A program made the translations under genes and the position numbers. Positions 21,679 to 32,564 of a DNA stretch of 64,000 bases are shown piece after piece (within the stretch, counting starts at the first letter, position 1; every line of letters begins with the position of its first letter). Under the pieces are notes generated by a model. The model saw nothing but the letters and a program-made list of their open reading frames with translations. It searched no databases and was not told where the DNA came from. Source of the stretch: an uncultured Gammaproteobacteria bacterium (lineage in GTDB: Bacteria; Patescibacteriota; Microgenomatia; Daviesbacterales; UBA10151); assembly GCA_964649615.1 (NCBI GenBank), contig CAZYPW010000004.1:9153-73152 (forward strand). The letters run 5' to 3'.

Positions 21679-22283
21679 GATTCCTCCCCGCATAATTTTG
21701 CTAATATATCAACATACAGCTGGTTTTCTTTAACTTTTAGTCTTGTATATAAAGATTCCACAGTATCTCCAGGTAGAATCTTTTCAAAGCATCTTCCTAA
21801 AACTGGCCCAAAATCAAATTCATGGGAAAGAAAATGATTTGTACATCCAGCATATGTTGCTTTTTGATCTAGAAAATTCTGCATTGCTTTATCTGTCATT
21901 TTACCTTTATTCCATAAGGCATCTGTTCCATCCGGATTTTTAACTTTTCCATACATGGTGTCCGGAATTAACCCAGGGTGTGTATTTAAAATTCGATTTG
22001 GAAAAGCATCAATTACTTCATCCAAAATAATTTGCTTCCATCCAGCCAGACAAATAAAATCCGAATTTAATTTTTTTAAAAGAGGTAAGAGTTCTTCTTT
22101 TTTTGGAATTATTTTAATGGGGAGTTGGGATTTTTCAGCTCTCTTTAGCCATGATGCATCAGGTGTATCGGATATCACTGCCACAATTTCTGCCTTAATT
22201 TCTTTGGAATTTATCCCATCAATAATTGCTGACAAGTTTGTACCCTCTCCAATGTTAGAAATAAGTACAGCAATTCTCTTCAT
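21675..22283 (-). CDS. purN: GAR transformylase
   Basis: GTNL, LAGW, ILNTHPGLIP, DFGP. Confidence 0.9.
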   Translation of the reverse strand: MKRIAVLISNIGEGTNLSAIIDGINSKEIKAEIVAVISDTPDASWLKRAEKSQLPIKIIPKKEELLPLLKKLNSDFICLAGWKQIILDEVIDAFPNRILNTHPGLIPDTMYGKVKNPDGTDALWNKGKMTDKAMQNFLDQKATYAGCTNHFLSHEFDFGPVLGRCFEKILPGDTVESLYTRLKVKENQLYVDILAKLCGEES

Positions 22284-22286
22284 AAA

Positions 22287-23708
22287 TTAATCTATTATTT
22301 TTATCTCCTTTGCTCTCTCCCCAATATCAACCGGATATTTGCCTGTAAAACAGGATGTGCAAAGGCTGTCTTCTGAAATTCCTACGGCTTTTAGAAGCCC
22401 TGGATAAGACAAATAATACAGAGCGTCAACCCCAATTTCTTTTTCGATTTCTTTGACCGTTTTTCTGGCTCCAATTAGATCCTTTTGCCTTGGTGTATCA
22501 ACACCATAAAAATCAGGGTATTTAACAGGAGGCGAGGAAATTAAAAAGTATACTTTTTTAGCACCTGCCCCTTTTATCATATCTATAATTTGCTTGCAGG
22601 TAGTACCCCTTACAACTGAATCATCAATTAAAACCACAATTTTCCCTTTTAGAATATGCTTTAGGGGATTTAATTTTAATCTCACTCCTTGATTTCTGGT
22701 ATGTTGTTCAGGCATGATAAATGTTCTGTGAATATAACGGTTCTTAATAAGCGCCGGGTAAAAAGGAATTCCTGACTCTTTGGAAAATCCTATTGCAGCA
22801 GGAATTCCAGAGTCAGGCACCGGCACTACCACATCTCCCTTTACCTTAAATTCCTTAGACAATTCTACTCCTAAATTTTGCCTCACCTCATCAACACTTT
22901 TACCCATTAAATAACTATCTGGCCTGGCAAAATAAACAAATTCAAAAACATCTAATTTTTCCTTCCCTTTTTCTATCTGATAACTTTTTAAGCCACTGCT
23001 ATCTATAGAAATCATCTCTCCGGGTTTAACATCTCTTATAAATTTTGCCCCAATTATATCCAGTGCGCATGATTCTGATGCAACAATAAACCCTCCATTC
23101 AATTTTCCTAAACACAAAGGCCTTATTCCAAAAGAGTCCCTGACAGCAACAATTTTCTCTTTTTCCATAATCAATAAACAAAATACTCCTGTAAGTAACG
23201 GGTAGGCCTTTTTAATTGATTCTTCCAAAGATAAATCCTGTCCCATGTAAAAGGCTATTGCTTTTGCAATCATTTCAGAATCATTTGCTACCTTTATTGG
23301 AATATTTTTTTCTGACAAGAATTCTTTTAATTTTTGTGTAGATGGCAGATTACCATTATGAGCTAAAGCAATTAACTCGCCATTTTTCAATCTTTCTATC
23401 ACAGGTTGGGCATGTTCAATTTTCGAATCACCTGATGTGGAATAACGGTTATGGCCAATCGCCAAATGGCCTTTTAATTTCTTTAAATCTTTTTCTGCGA
23501 AAACTGCAGAAACCAACCCCATGCCTTTATGAACATAAATTTGTTTTCCATCTGAAGATGCTATACCTGAAGATTCCTGACCCCGATGTTGAAGAGCCCA
23601 AAGCCCGGGATGAACTAAACGTGCCGTCTCAAATCCCTTACCGTATACTCCGAATATCCCACACTTTTCTTTTAACTTATAATCAAAAGTAGGATTTTGT
23701 TTTCTCAT
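22287..23708 (-). CDS. purF: amidophosphoribosyltransferase
   Basis: CGIFG, LQHRGQES, GHNRYST, DDSVVRGTT. Confidence 0.98.
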   Translation of the reverse strand: MRKQNPTFDYKLKEKCGIFGVYGKGFETARLVHPGLWALQHRGQESSGIASSDGKQIYVHKGMGLVSAVFAEKDLKKLKGHLAIGHNRYSTSGDSKIEHAQPVIERLKNGELIALAHNGNLPSTQKLKEFLSEKNIPIKVANDSEMIAKAIAFYMGQDLSLEESIKKAYPLLTGVFCLLIMEKEKIVAVRDSFGIRPLCLGKLNGGFIVASESCALDIIGAKFIRDVKPGEMISIDSSGLKSYQIEKGKEKLDVFEFVYFARPDSYLMGKSVDEVRQNLGVELSKEFKVKGDVVVPVPDSGIPAAIGFSKESGIPFYPALIKNRYIHRTFIMPEQHTRNQGVRLKLNPLKHILKGKIVVLIDDSVVRGTTCKQIIDMIKGAGAKKVYFLISSPPVKYPDFYGVDTPRQKDLIGARKTVKEIEKEIGVDALYYLSYPGLLKAVGISEDSLCTSCFTGKYPVDIGERAKEIKIID

Positions 23709-23763
23709 AGCTTAATATAACTTAAGGATGGTCTTTAGTCAAGTCAACAGGAGAAAAATTTAA

Positions 23764-24018
23764 TTACTTTGGATTAATATTAATCTGGCTTTTTAATAAA
23801 TCCATTTCTTCCTGAAAAATCTTATCAAAGTTTGGAACTTTAGATAGAAGAAAATATCTAACAGAGTTACCAGTTTGATCTTGAGAGTTTAATTCTTCAA
23901 TTTTTGCCATATCTTCATCTGTTAAAACTGGGGCTATTTTGATATATGCTGCCTGTAACGCTAAATTTACTAACTCATCAGCTACTTTTTGTTGATTCTG
24001 TGTTAAGTCATTCATCAT
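23764..24018 (-). CDS. small helical hypothetical protein (DUF5663-like)
   Basis: 84-aa ORF coupled to upstream gene; family call tentative. Confidence 0.55.
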   Translation of the reverse strand: MMNDLTQNQQKVADELVNLALQAAYIKIAPVLTDEDMAKIEELNSQDQTGNSVRYFLLSKVPNFDKIFQEEMDLLKSQININPK

Positions 24019-25919
24019 TATTGAGTCTCCTCTCTAACTTGTTGTGTAATGTTCTCACTAATCTCTTGCCATTTTCTTGGGTCTAAACCTGAACCAGCTG
24101 TTTTTAATTTAAACCAAGTATCTAAATTATCGCTATTAACATTCATTTTCCAGACATTCCCTAACACAATTTTATCACCATCTACTACTGGGGAGAGAAG
24201 ACCAGGTCTTTTATTCTCTTTCGAATATATTATTGAAGCTCTTATTCTAGAAGTAAAATCACCAACCATCTGATCAAAAGTTCCTGAACCATAATAAGAA
24301 TCGAGCTCCTTTTTTAATAATTCAAGTGTCTTGAGCATTTTAGGATCACCTTCTGAGTGTGCGATATTTTGGCTCCCCAGCTGAGCCGCCTCCTGGGCTA
24401 CATCAGGATTCATTGCTTTCGCAAGGTCAGCCTCAGCTAATCCTTTTACAGAGTATCCTTCTATATTATAGGGATCTGCGCTAGGGTTATTTGGTTGTAT
24501 TTTTTCTTGAAAATCATCACGTATAGTAAAATCATTCCAAGCATATTGGTTGTTCCCTAATCCTCTTCCACTTGCAAATTCCTGTAATGTAGTTGGCTCT
24601 GTAGTCATAAAAGGACTACGAGTCTCAGGTGGAGGTTTTGGTCCTGACTCTCCTGCCCCAGCGCTTGCTGGAACTCTAGAATCTTGGCCAGACTGTACAG
24701 CGCCTATCGTATCCCTTGGAATCCCAGCAAGTAACACTAATACCAGCGGGAGAACTGCTAATCTACAACGTCTTCTCTGTTCCCCTGTTGCTCTTATTCT
24801 CATTAAAGCATCCACTTTACGGGCTATCGCTGGATCAACCTTAGATTCTCTTTCACCCCACCTTTCCCTAAATCCTCTAATCTTATTTACTAATGCATCA
24901 ACACCCAGTACACCAATTCCTATTAAATCTCTCATAAATTCTCTAACTCTTGATGCATAACTAAGTCCCTCTAATTCAGAAAATTTCCCTTCTATTGTGA
25001 CTGGGCGGGATTCCGATGAACTTCGTGGACCATTTGAAGGAGGAGGTATTACTATTACAGCTGGATCTGAGGGTAGTTCTGCAGGAGCTGGTTCTTCAGC
25101 AAAACCTCCAAAAGTATGCCCCATCTCCTCATGAACAACTCCAATTTTATCTCTAACTGGATCAGATGGGAAAAGTTGAGGAACCTCTTTTGATGGAAAA
25201 GCAGTTGTCTCTTCTTTTTTGGGAACTTGTAATAACCTGCTGTCTTTTAGACGTGCTATGGCTGCTTGTTTGTCTTCTTCTTGAGACCCAGTTGAGGTGA
25301 GAGGATTTTTCCAGATCCTTCTGGCTTCTTCAGCTATCCTAGATTTTTCCATTGGGTTACTTTCATCTAGAGCATTTGGGAAAGCTTCTGTATATGGAAT
25401 ACTACTATCTTCAAGTACCCGGGCTTCCTCCTGATATGTTCTTAACTGACCCTCTAGGCGCTCTATCATCTGGGGGCTACTCCATCTACTTGCTCTTTGT
25501 TGCTCTAATTCAGCTTTTGTATTAGCTATATCATCTTTTGCACTAGCTATTAACCCGCTTACATCTAAACCTTCATTCCTCTCGTAGATCTCTCCAGTTT
25601 CTGGATTTTTGAATGTAGTTTTTAAAGCATGCTCAGGACGGTCGGTTATAACTAAAATACCATGTCCAGACATACCCCTTAATCCTTTTTGAAACGTCCT
25701 GAATGCAGCAAACTGATTCCGTTGCTGATTAGTTAAAAGCCCGGTATCTGCTAAATCATCAATTTCTATATTAGGAGCTATATCTCTATGGAGTCTCTCT
25801 ATCTTCACTCCCCATCTGTGAGTAGTTCCATTGAAGGCTTTCATTACTTGTTCTCTAGTGGCAACGCCTTCTGGAGGAGGCGTTGCTTCAACTGGAGGAC
25901 GATCGGACAGTTCAGCCAT
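24018..25919 (-). CDS. large hypothetical protein with one central TM segment
   Basis: 633-aa ORF, LAVLPLVLVLLAGI segment, Pro/Ser-rich linkers. Confidence 0.7.
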   Translation of the reverse strand: MAELSDRPPVEATPPPEGVATREQVMKAFNGTTHRWGVKIERLHRDIAPNIEIDDLADTGLLTNQQRNQFAAFRTFQKGLRGMSGHGILVITDRPEHALKTTFKNPETGEIYERNEGLDVSGLIASAKDDIANTKAELEQQRASRWSSPQMIERLEGQLRTYQEEARVLEDSSIPYTEAFPNALDESNPMEKSRIAEEARRIWKNPLTSTGSQEEDKQAAIARLKDSRLLQVPKKEETTAFPSKEVPQLFPSDPVRDKIGVVHEEMGHTFGGFAEEPAPAELPSDPAVIVIPPPSNGPRSSSESRPVTIEGKFSELEGLSYASRVREFMRDLIGIGVLGVDALVNKIRGFRERWGERESKVDPAIARKVDALMRIRATGEQRRRCRLAVLPLVLVLLAGIPRDTIGAVQSGQDSRVPASAGAGESGPKPPPETRSPFMTTEPTTLQEFASGRGLGNNQYAWNDFTIRDDFQEKIQPNNPSADPYNIEGYSVKGLAEADLAKAMNPDVAQEAAQLGSQNIAHSEGDPKMLKTLELLKKELDSYYGSGTFDQMVGDFTSRIRASIIYSKENKRPGLLSPVVDGDKIVLGNVWKMNVNSDNLDTWFKLKTAGSGLDPRKWQEISENITQQVREETQ

Positions 25920-25984
25920 ACTTAATTTAGTCTATTAAATAGCTTATCAAAATACAAGTTAAGATGATATACTAAAACAAGATT

Positions 25985-26341
25985 ATGGATTCCAAAAGAT
26001 TTAGTATCCTTTCTTTTAAATATGCATTCGAGGGTATGTTTGCCGCTTTGAAAGAAGAACTTAATTTAAAAATTCATTTTATAATTGCCCTTTTAGTTTT
26101 AGGCCTGTCATATTTTTTGCAAATTCAAAGACAGGATTGGATTAATGTCATAATTATCATTGGTTTAGTCTTTACAGTAGAGTTAACCAATACTGCAATT
26201 GAGGCAGTTGTGGATGCTTTTACTGATAAAGAGCACCCAGGTGCTAAACTTGCCAAAGACATCTCAGCCGGAGCAGTATTAGTGGTTTCAATTGTGGCAG
26301 CTATCATTGGAATAATTATCTTCCTGCCATACTTATCTTAA
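25985..26341 (+). CDS. dgkA: diacylglycerol/undecaprenol kinase
   Basis: ELTNTAIEAVVD, AKDISAGAV. Confidence 0.92.
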   Translation: MDSKRFSILSFKYAFEGMFAALKEELNLKIHFIIALLVLGLSYFLQIQRQDWINVIIIIGLVFTVELTNTAIEAVVDAFTDKEHPGAKLAKDISAGAVLVVSIVAAIIGIIIFLPYLS

Positions 26342-26883
26342 TGGATAACTTAGGATTTTTCTTTTTAATATTTGGATTAAATAATCAGAATAATTTTTTA
26401 GATTCTCTAATGATTTTTGGGGCAGAATATGTAATTTATATTTCTTTTGCACTAATCTTTGTTCTGGCTTTTAGAGGGCAGATTAAAGAAAGAAAAGCTT
26501 TAATCTTAGTCTGTTTATCTATACCAATTGTGGTACTAATGATTAAGTTTATTCATCTTTTTTTATTTGAGCCAAGACCATATATTGCACAGGATATCTC
26601 CCCTTTGATACCTGATACCAAAGAAGATGCCTCTTTTCCCTCCAGACACACTGCTTTGATGTTTACTCTCGCCTTTTCATATTTCTTTTATCAATCCAAA
26701 TGGAGATTCCATTTTTTAATTATGGCTCTTTGGGTAAGCCTATCAAGAATTTTTGTGGGGGTACATTACCCACTGGATATTATAGGAGGAATTATGACAG
26801 CTTTTGTTTCTGTTTTTATTGCCTGGAAAATTAAGGAAAAGTTAAAAAGAGGTCTTGGTCTTAACCAATCTTTGCAAAGCTAA
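26341..26883 (+). CDS. PAP2 family undecaprenyl-diphosphatase (BcrC-like)
   Basis: K..RP, SFPSRH, SRIFVGVHYPLD. Confidence 0.9.
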   Translation: MDNLGFFFLIFGLNNQNNFLDSLMIFGAEYVIYISFALIFVLAFRGQIKERKALILVCLSIPIVVLMIKFIHLFLFEPRPYIAQDISPLIPDTKEDASFPSRHTALMFTLAFSYFFYQSKWRFHFLIMALWVSLSRIFVGVHYPLDIIGGIMTAFVSVFIAWKIKEKLKRGLGLNQSLQS

Positions 26884-28104
26884 AATATATGAGGCCAGAC
26901 GAAGATTAACTTTTTTCCCTTTGTGAATTTTCCAAACCTTTTCAAAAGCATTTTCCATCTTCTCTTTTAGCTTACTGTTTACTCTTTTCAAATCCCATTT
27001 TTGATTATGCATATTTTGATACCACTCAAAATACGAAACAGTAACCCCACCGGAATTTGCCAAAACATCAGGCATGACAATAATTCCTTTTTTATATAGG
27101 ATCTCATCACCCTCAGGTGTAATTGGCCCATTTGCCATTTCAAAAATTATTTTGGCTTGTATATTTTTGGCATTTTTAGAAGTTATCACATTTTCCATTG
27201 CTGCCGGAATTAAAACATCCACATCCAACTCCAATAATTGCTCATTTGTAATGATCCCATCATCCTTGGGTGCCAAGTCACAAACTGATCCAATACAATA
27301 ACACCCGGCAAGTTTACCTTTTTCTAACCTGCAAGCCCTAACCAAATCTATATTAAAACCCTGCTCGCTGTTATCAAAAATCCCACCCTTTACATCTGAG
27401 ATAGCCACTATTTTAAAACCATTTTCATATAAAATTTTTGCAAAATTGGAACCGACATTTCCAAAGCCTTGAATAGCAACAGTCAATGGTTTTTTGAATC
27501 CTAAATTTTGAACTAACTTTTCCAAGACAAAGAATCCACCCATCCCTGTAGCTTCCTCCCTTCCCAGAGACCCGCCATTAGCAATAGATTTTCCAGTTAC
27601 TACTGCTTTTGTTTTATCCCCTGTTGCTTTTGCATATTCATCTTCAAACCAATCCATTATTTTGAAATTAGTATTTACATCAGGAGCAGGTACATCAACA
27701 GTCGGACCAATATTAAGAGCCAGCCTTTTTGCAAACTCTCTAGTTAACCTTTCCAATTCCCTCTCAGTTAAATCCTTAGGATCTATTCCTACTCCACCTT
27801 TACCTCCTCCAAAAGGCACATCAGCGATAGCATTTTTAATCATCATCCAAAACGCCAGAGCCTTGACTTCATCCATATCCACATTGGGATGAAAACGCAA
27901 GCCTCCTTTATACGGCCCTAGCCAATTATTGTATTGCACTCTATAGCCTTTAAAACCGACAACCTCACCATTATCCTTTTTTAGAGGCACATTTAACTTA
28001 ATTACTCTTTGGGGCACAGATAAAACTTTAACAACTGAGGGGCCTAATTTTATAACATCTGCCGCTTCTTTTAGTCTTTTTAATGCACTATCAAAGGTAT
28101 TCAT
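26842..28104 (-). CDS. gdhA: Glu/Leu/Phe/Val dehydrogenase (glutamate dehydrogenase)
   Basis: GPYKGGLRFH, GGGKGG, DVPAPD, QGFGNVG, NSGGVTVSYFEW. Confidence 0.93.
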   Translation of the reverse strand: MNTFDSALKRLKEAADVIKLGPSVVKVLSVPQRVIKLNVPLKKDNGEVVGFKGYRVQYNNWLGPYKGGLRFHPNVDMDEVKALAFWMMIKNAIADVPFGGGKGGVGIDPKDLTERELERLTREFAKRLALNIGPTVDVPAPDVNTNFKIMDWFEDEYAKATGDKTKAVVTGKSIANGGSLGREEATGMGGFFVLEKLVQNLGFKKPLTVAIQGFGNVGSNFAKILYENGFKIVAISDVKGGIFDNSEQGFNIDLVRACRLEKGKLAGCYCIGSVCDLAPKDDGIITNEQLLELDVDVLIPAAMENVITSKNAKNIQAKIIFEMANGPITPEGDEILYKKGIIVMPDVLANSGGVTVSYFEWYQNMHNQKWDLKRVNSKLKEKMENAFEKVWKIHKGKKVNLRLASYILALQRLVKTKTSF

Positions 28105-29363
28105 CTTAAGATTTTCTCAAACTTTTCACCGCTTTGGAAAGGCCCAATAATTTGTACGTTATACCTATCTTTTTTAAATAACTCTTTGGCCACTGATTGT
28201 ACATCTTCTATTGTGACAAGATCAATTTTTTCTAAATATTCCTCAAATGTTTCAATTTTATGCTCCAGTATAAAATTGGTACCAAAATATTCTGCTAAAA
28301 AGTTAGTAGATTCACTATGCAAAGCTAACCTGCCTCTAATCATCTCTTTGGCTTTTTTTAGCTCGTCTTCACTTATTTTTTCCATTACCATTCTCATAAG
28401 TTCTGCATAAATTACTTCCAATCCTTCATAAACTTTTTCTAACTTAAGTCCGCCAGAAACTGTAAATGTTCCGGTGTCGGCATATGAATTACTGGATGCA
28501 CTAATCCGATAAGCCAAGCCCCTTCTTTCTCTTACTTGTACAAATAATCTTGAAGACATGCCTTCCCCTAAAATTACAGACAAAATATCAGCAGTATATC
28601 TTTTATCATCATATCTATCATATCCTTCCGTTCCCAATATCAAATTAGCCTGATCTGTTTGTTTATAAAAAATATTAACTCTGGGCTTAATCTGTTTTAT
28701 GCTCTTGAAAGGTTTAAATTTGGCTGTAGTTCTCTGCGGAATATCCAAAAAATAATTGGTTGCTAATCTTTCAATATCTCTTGGAAGCTTACCTGCATAT
28801 ACCAAAACTGTGTTTTCCGATGAATATAACGACTCCATATATCCAACAAAGTCACTTCTTATAAAAGAGCTAATTGTTTTTTCGTCTCCTCCTAAATCCC
28901 AACCTAATGGTTGATCACCAAACTGTAACCGCTCATAAAGATCCCAGATTAAACGGGCTGGGATATCACGCAACATCCTAAGCTCTTCTGTAATAACTCC
29001 TTTTTCCCTTTCAATTTCCGTTTTTGATAAAAGCGATTCTTTTATCATTGAGGATAAAATATCTGAGGCCAATTCTATATTCTTGCTCGCAGATTTGATC
29101 CAATAATAAGTAACTTCTTTAGAGGTAGCTGCATTATTGATTGCTCCAATACCATCAATTAAACTTGAGATTTGTTCTGCTGTGGAGAATTTTGTAGAAC
29201 CTTTAAAAAACATGTGCTCCAAAAAATGTGAGATTCCACTAACTCTTTTCGTTTCATAGCGGGAACCTGCTCCTACTGCTATAAGTGAAGTCACAGAATC
29301 AAGATGTGGCATAGAAACAGTTATTAAGGTTAAACCATTTTTTAATTTAGTTAGTTTGTGCAT
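28101..29363 (-). CDS. M16 (pitrilysin) family zinc peptidase
   Basis: HFLEHMFFKG, SSRLF..VRERRGLAY. Confidence 0.93.
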   Translation of the reverse strand: MHKLTKLKNGLTLITVSMPHLDSVTSLIAVGAGSRYETKRVSGISHFLEHMFFKGSTKFSTAEQISSLIDGIGAINNAATSKEVTYYWIKSASKNIELASDILSSMIKESLLSKTEIEREKGVITEELRMLRDIPARLIWDLYERLQFGDQPLGWDLGGDEKTISSFIRSDFVGYMESLYSSENTVLVYAGKLPRDIERLATNYFLDIPQRTTAKFKPFKSIKQIKPRVNIFYKQTDQANLILGTEGYDRYDDKRYTADILSVILGEGMSSRLFVQVRERRGLAYRISASSNSYADTGTFTVSGGLKLEKVYEGLEVIYAELMRMVMEKISEDELKKAKEMIRGRLALHSESTNFLAEYFGTNFILEHKIETFEEYLEKIDLVTIEDVQSVAKELFKKDRYNVQIIGPFQSGEKFEKILR

Positions 29364-30018
29364 AATTTTTAATATGCCCTAGTATCTTAGAAACAGTTTC
29401 ATCAATGTTTAAATTTGTATTATCAAAAACTACTGCGCCTTCTGGAATTCTCATAGGGGATGCTTTTCTTTCACTATCTTTTTTATCCCTTTCAACCATA
29501 TCCGCTAAAACATCCTCATATTTTATAGACTGGTCTTTTTTATGGAGCTGCTTATATCTTCTTTGGGATCTTGTTTCAACTGATGCGGTTAAGAAAAATT
29601 TAAATTTTGCCTCTGGAAAAATTTCTGAACCAATATCACGCCCTCCCATAACTATCTTACCTATCTGACCTAACTTTCGTTGAATACCCCGCATGACTTC
29701 TCTAACCTGCGGAAATGCTGAAACAATTGGCACTAATTTAGAAATCTCCGGGGTATGCAAAGCATCTGTCACATCAACCCCATCCAAAAACATTTTCCAG
29801 TGGTGATTAGTTTCAAATTTTACATCCAAATTTTTATAAATTTCTAAAATTTTGCCTTGATTATTTACTGATATATTTTGCTGGAGCATCTTTAGACAAC
29901 CAGCTCTATAGATCATTCCTGTATCAATATATTTATATCCTAATTTTTGGGAAAGTAGAAATCCTACTGAATTTTTTCCGCTTGAGGTTGGTCCATCAAT
30001 AGTTACAATATCTTCCAC
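29347..30018 (-). CDS. cmk: cytidylate kinase
   Basis: IDGPTSSGK, DTGMIYRA, GRDIG, RDKKDSER. Confidence 0.93.
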   Translation of the reverse strand: MEDIVTIDGPTSSGKNSVGFLLSQKLGYKYIDTGMIYRAGCLKMLQQNISVNNQGKILEIYKNLDVKFETNHHWKMFLDGVDVTDALHTPEISKLVPIVSAFPQVREVMRGIQRKLGQIGKIVMGGRDIGSEIFPEAKFKFFLTASVETRSQRRYKQLHKKDQSIKYEDVLADMVERDKKDSERKASPMRIPEGAVVFDNTNLNIDETVSKILGHIKNYAQTN

Positions 30019-30036
30019 AATGTATTAGTCTACCAC

Positions 30037-31209
30037 TTAATCCTTGGGCTTTGGAATATAGTACTTTTTACCTTTAAGTTTTTCTGGTAGTAAATCTTTT
30101 TTGGTATATTTGTCATAACCTTTTCCATAATCTAAATCTTCCATCAGTTTAGTCGGAGCATTTCTTAAATTCATTGGTATAGGTAAATTACCTAATTGCT
30201 GGACGTCTTGCAAAGCTTTAAAATATGCCTCATATGAAGATCTATCTTTTCTGGCCAGTGTTAAATATACCACCCCATGTGCTAAGTTAATCTGGCATTC
30301 CGGATAGCCAATTGTTTCACAAGCCCTAAAAACTTCATTGGCCACTACTAAAGCAGTAGGTTGAGCCTGACCAATATCTTCTGAGGCAAATATAACCATT
30401 CTGCGGGCAATAAATAAAGGGTCTTCTCCGGCAGAAACCATGCGGGCCAGATAATACAGCGCACTGTCCGCATTTGAGGCCCTCATGGATTTTATAAAAG
30501 CGGAAATTGTATTATAATGTTCCTCACCGGCTTTATCATACATTAATGCTTTTTTCTGAAATGCCTCTTCAATTTCCTTAACAGAAATTTTTTTATTCAG
30601 ACCGGCAGCAATCTCCAAAGTATTTAGCAGCACCCTGGCATCTCCACCTGAAAGTTCCATTAATAAGTCCTTACTTTTTTTATCTATTTTTACCCCTAAC
30701 TCTTTTAAACCCCTTTTGATAATTTCTGATAAATCAGCTGTGGACAGCGGCTCTAAAACCAATACCCTGGATCTGGAAAGTAAAGGGCTGATTATTTCAA
30801 AGGACGGATTTTCTGTGGTAGCGCCGATCAGGATAATTTGGCCTGTTTCAACCAGCGGCAAAAAAGCATCCTGTTGGGCTTTATTAAATCTGTGGATTTC
30901 ATCTATGAAAACAATGGGCGGAGGCAGCAGACTATTTTGACGGGAGGATTTAACATTATCAATAATTTTCTTTATATCGGCAATACCTGTATTTACTGCC
31001 GAAAACTCTAAAAATTCAGATTTAGTCTCGATAGCAATAATCCTGGCAATGGTTGTTTTACCAACTCCCGGAGGTCCCCATAGAACCATAGAAAAAATCT
31101 TTTTGTTCTTAAGCGATTGAAAAAGTAATTTATCTTCTGAGAGTAAATGCCTTTGTCCAACAAAGTCTTCTAAAGTCTTAGGCCTTAACCGGTCTGCAAG
31201 TGGAATCAT
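30037..31209 (-). CDS. rarA: replication-associated recombination protein A
   Basis: PLADRLRP, GPPGVGKTT, DEIHRFNKAQQD, ASEDIG. Confidence 0.96.
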   Translation of the reverse strand: MIPLADRLRPKTLEDFVGQRHLLSEDKLLFQSLKNKKIFSMVLWGPPGVGKTTIARIIAIETKSEFLEFSAVNTGIADIKKIIDNVKSSRQNSLLPPPIVFIDEIHRFNKAQQDAFLPLVETGQIILIGATTENPSFEIISPLLSRSRVLVLEPLSTADLSEIIKRGLKELGVKIDKKSKDLLMELSGGDARVLLNTLEIAAGLNKKISVKEIEEAFQKKALMYDKAGEEHYNTISAFIKSMRASNADSALYYLARMVSAGEDPLFIARRMVIFASEDIGQAQPTALVVANEVFRACETIGYPECQINLAHGVVYLTLARKDRSSYEAYFKALQDVQQLGNLPIPMNLRNAPTKLMEDLDYGKGYDKYTKKDLLPEKLKGKKYYIPKPKD

Positions 31210-32564
31210 TGTCTAAGCCTTGGACCTTCTGGAGTATCTTCAACTTCATATCCTAATTTTTTAATTTTATCTCTTAATTCATCAGACTCTTTAAAGTCTC
31301 CTGATTTTCTGGCTGTCTCTCTAAGATTTACAAGCTTCATCACTTGATTAGGAACCTCAAGTGGTTGACCCAAATATTTATCTAAGTTTAACCCCAAAAT
31401 TTTATCCATCTCCAGCAGTACTTTTGCTTTTAAAGATGTAGGCTCATCACTGTGTACCATTTCCCAAAGCACCCCAACAGCTTGTGGTATATTTAGGTCA
31501 TTATTAGCAGCCTTAAGGAATCTCTGCCAAAATGGGTCATTCTGTAGATTACCTTGATTTGACAAACTAATCTCGCTATCCCAACCTCTAATTTGCTCCC
31601 TTAGGTTGTTTAAAGCGTTCTGTGCAGCAATTAAAGACTGCCAAGTAAAATTTAACTTATCTCTGTAATGTGCTGTTAGACATAAGTATCTGAAACTTAT
31701 GGGATCCAGATCTTTATTTTCCAAATCCCGTAGTCTGTAAAAATTTCCTGCTGACTTGGCCATCTTTTGATCCTGTACTAAAAGATGTTCTCCTTCGACA
31801 AAAAAGTTAACAAATTTTTTGCCAGTTTTTCCTTCAGACTGGGCAATTTCGTTTTCATGATGAGGAAATAGTAAATCTATCCCTCCTGCATGTATATCAA
31901 AGGTCCCACCTAGATATTCCTGGCTCATCACCGAACATTCAATATGCCAACCGGGTCTTCCTTTCCCCCAAGGGGAATCATATCCAACCTCGTCCGTCTC
32001 AACTGCTTTCCACAGTGCAAAATCAGATACATCATCTTTACTATATTCATCTGCCTTTACTCTAACACCAATTTTAAGTTCTCTATTTTCTAACCCGGAT
32101 AATTTGCCATAACTTTTAAACTTGGAAATATCAAAATATACTGATCCGTCTTTCTCAACATAAGCCAAGCCTTTTTTTATTAACTCTTCTATATATTTAA
32201 TCATCTTGCCAATATGTTCTGTAGCCTTAGGATAAACACTGGCAGATTTTATATTTAGTTTCTTAAGATCTTCAAAAAAGGCTTTTTCATAAGGAGCTGA
32301 AAACTGACCTATCTCCTCACCTCTCTCCTTTGCCCCTTTAATGATCTTGTCATCAATATCCGTAATATTCATTACTCTTTTGACCTCATATACATTACTT
32401 TCCAAAACTCTTTGCAAGATATCTTCAAAAATAAAAGTTCGCAAGTTACCAATATGGACAAAGTCATAAGCGGTGGGTCCACAGCTATAATAGCCAACCT
32501 GGGGTAGATTCAATGGAGTGAATTCATCTATTGTGCGTGTTAAATAATTATAAAGTTTTAACAT
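31206..32564 (-). CDS. cysS: cysteine-tRNA ligase
   Basis: CGPT, HIGN, GRPGWHIECS, KMAKS. Confidence 0.97.
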   Translation of the reverse strand: MLKLYNYLTRTIDEFTPLNLPQVGYYSCGPTAYDFVHIGNLRTFIFEDILQRVLESNVYEVKRVMNITDIDDKIIKGAKERGEEIGQFSAPYEKAFFEDLKKLNIKSASVYPKATEHIGKMIKYIEELIKKGLAYVEKDGSVYFDISKFKSYGKLSGLENRELKIGVRVKADEYSKDDVSDFALWKAVETDEVGYDSPWGKGRPGWHIECSVMSQEYLGGTFDIHAGGIDLLFPHHENEIAQSEGKTGKKFVNFFVEGEHLLVQDQKMAKSAGNFYRLRDLENKDLDPISFRYLCLTAHYRDKLNFTWQSLIAAQNALNNLREQIRGWDSEISLSNQGNLQNDPFWQRFLKAANNDLNIPQAVGVLWEMVHSDEPTSLKAKVLLEMDKILGLNLDKYLGQPLEVPNQVMKLVNLRETARKSGDFKESDELRDKIKKLGYEVEDTPEGPRLRQ

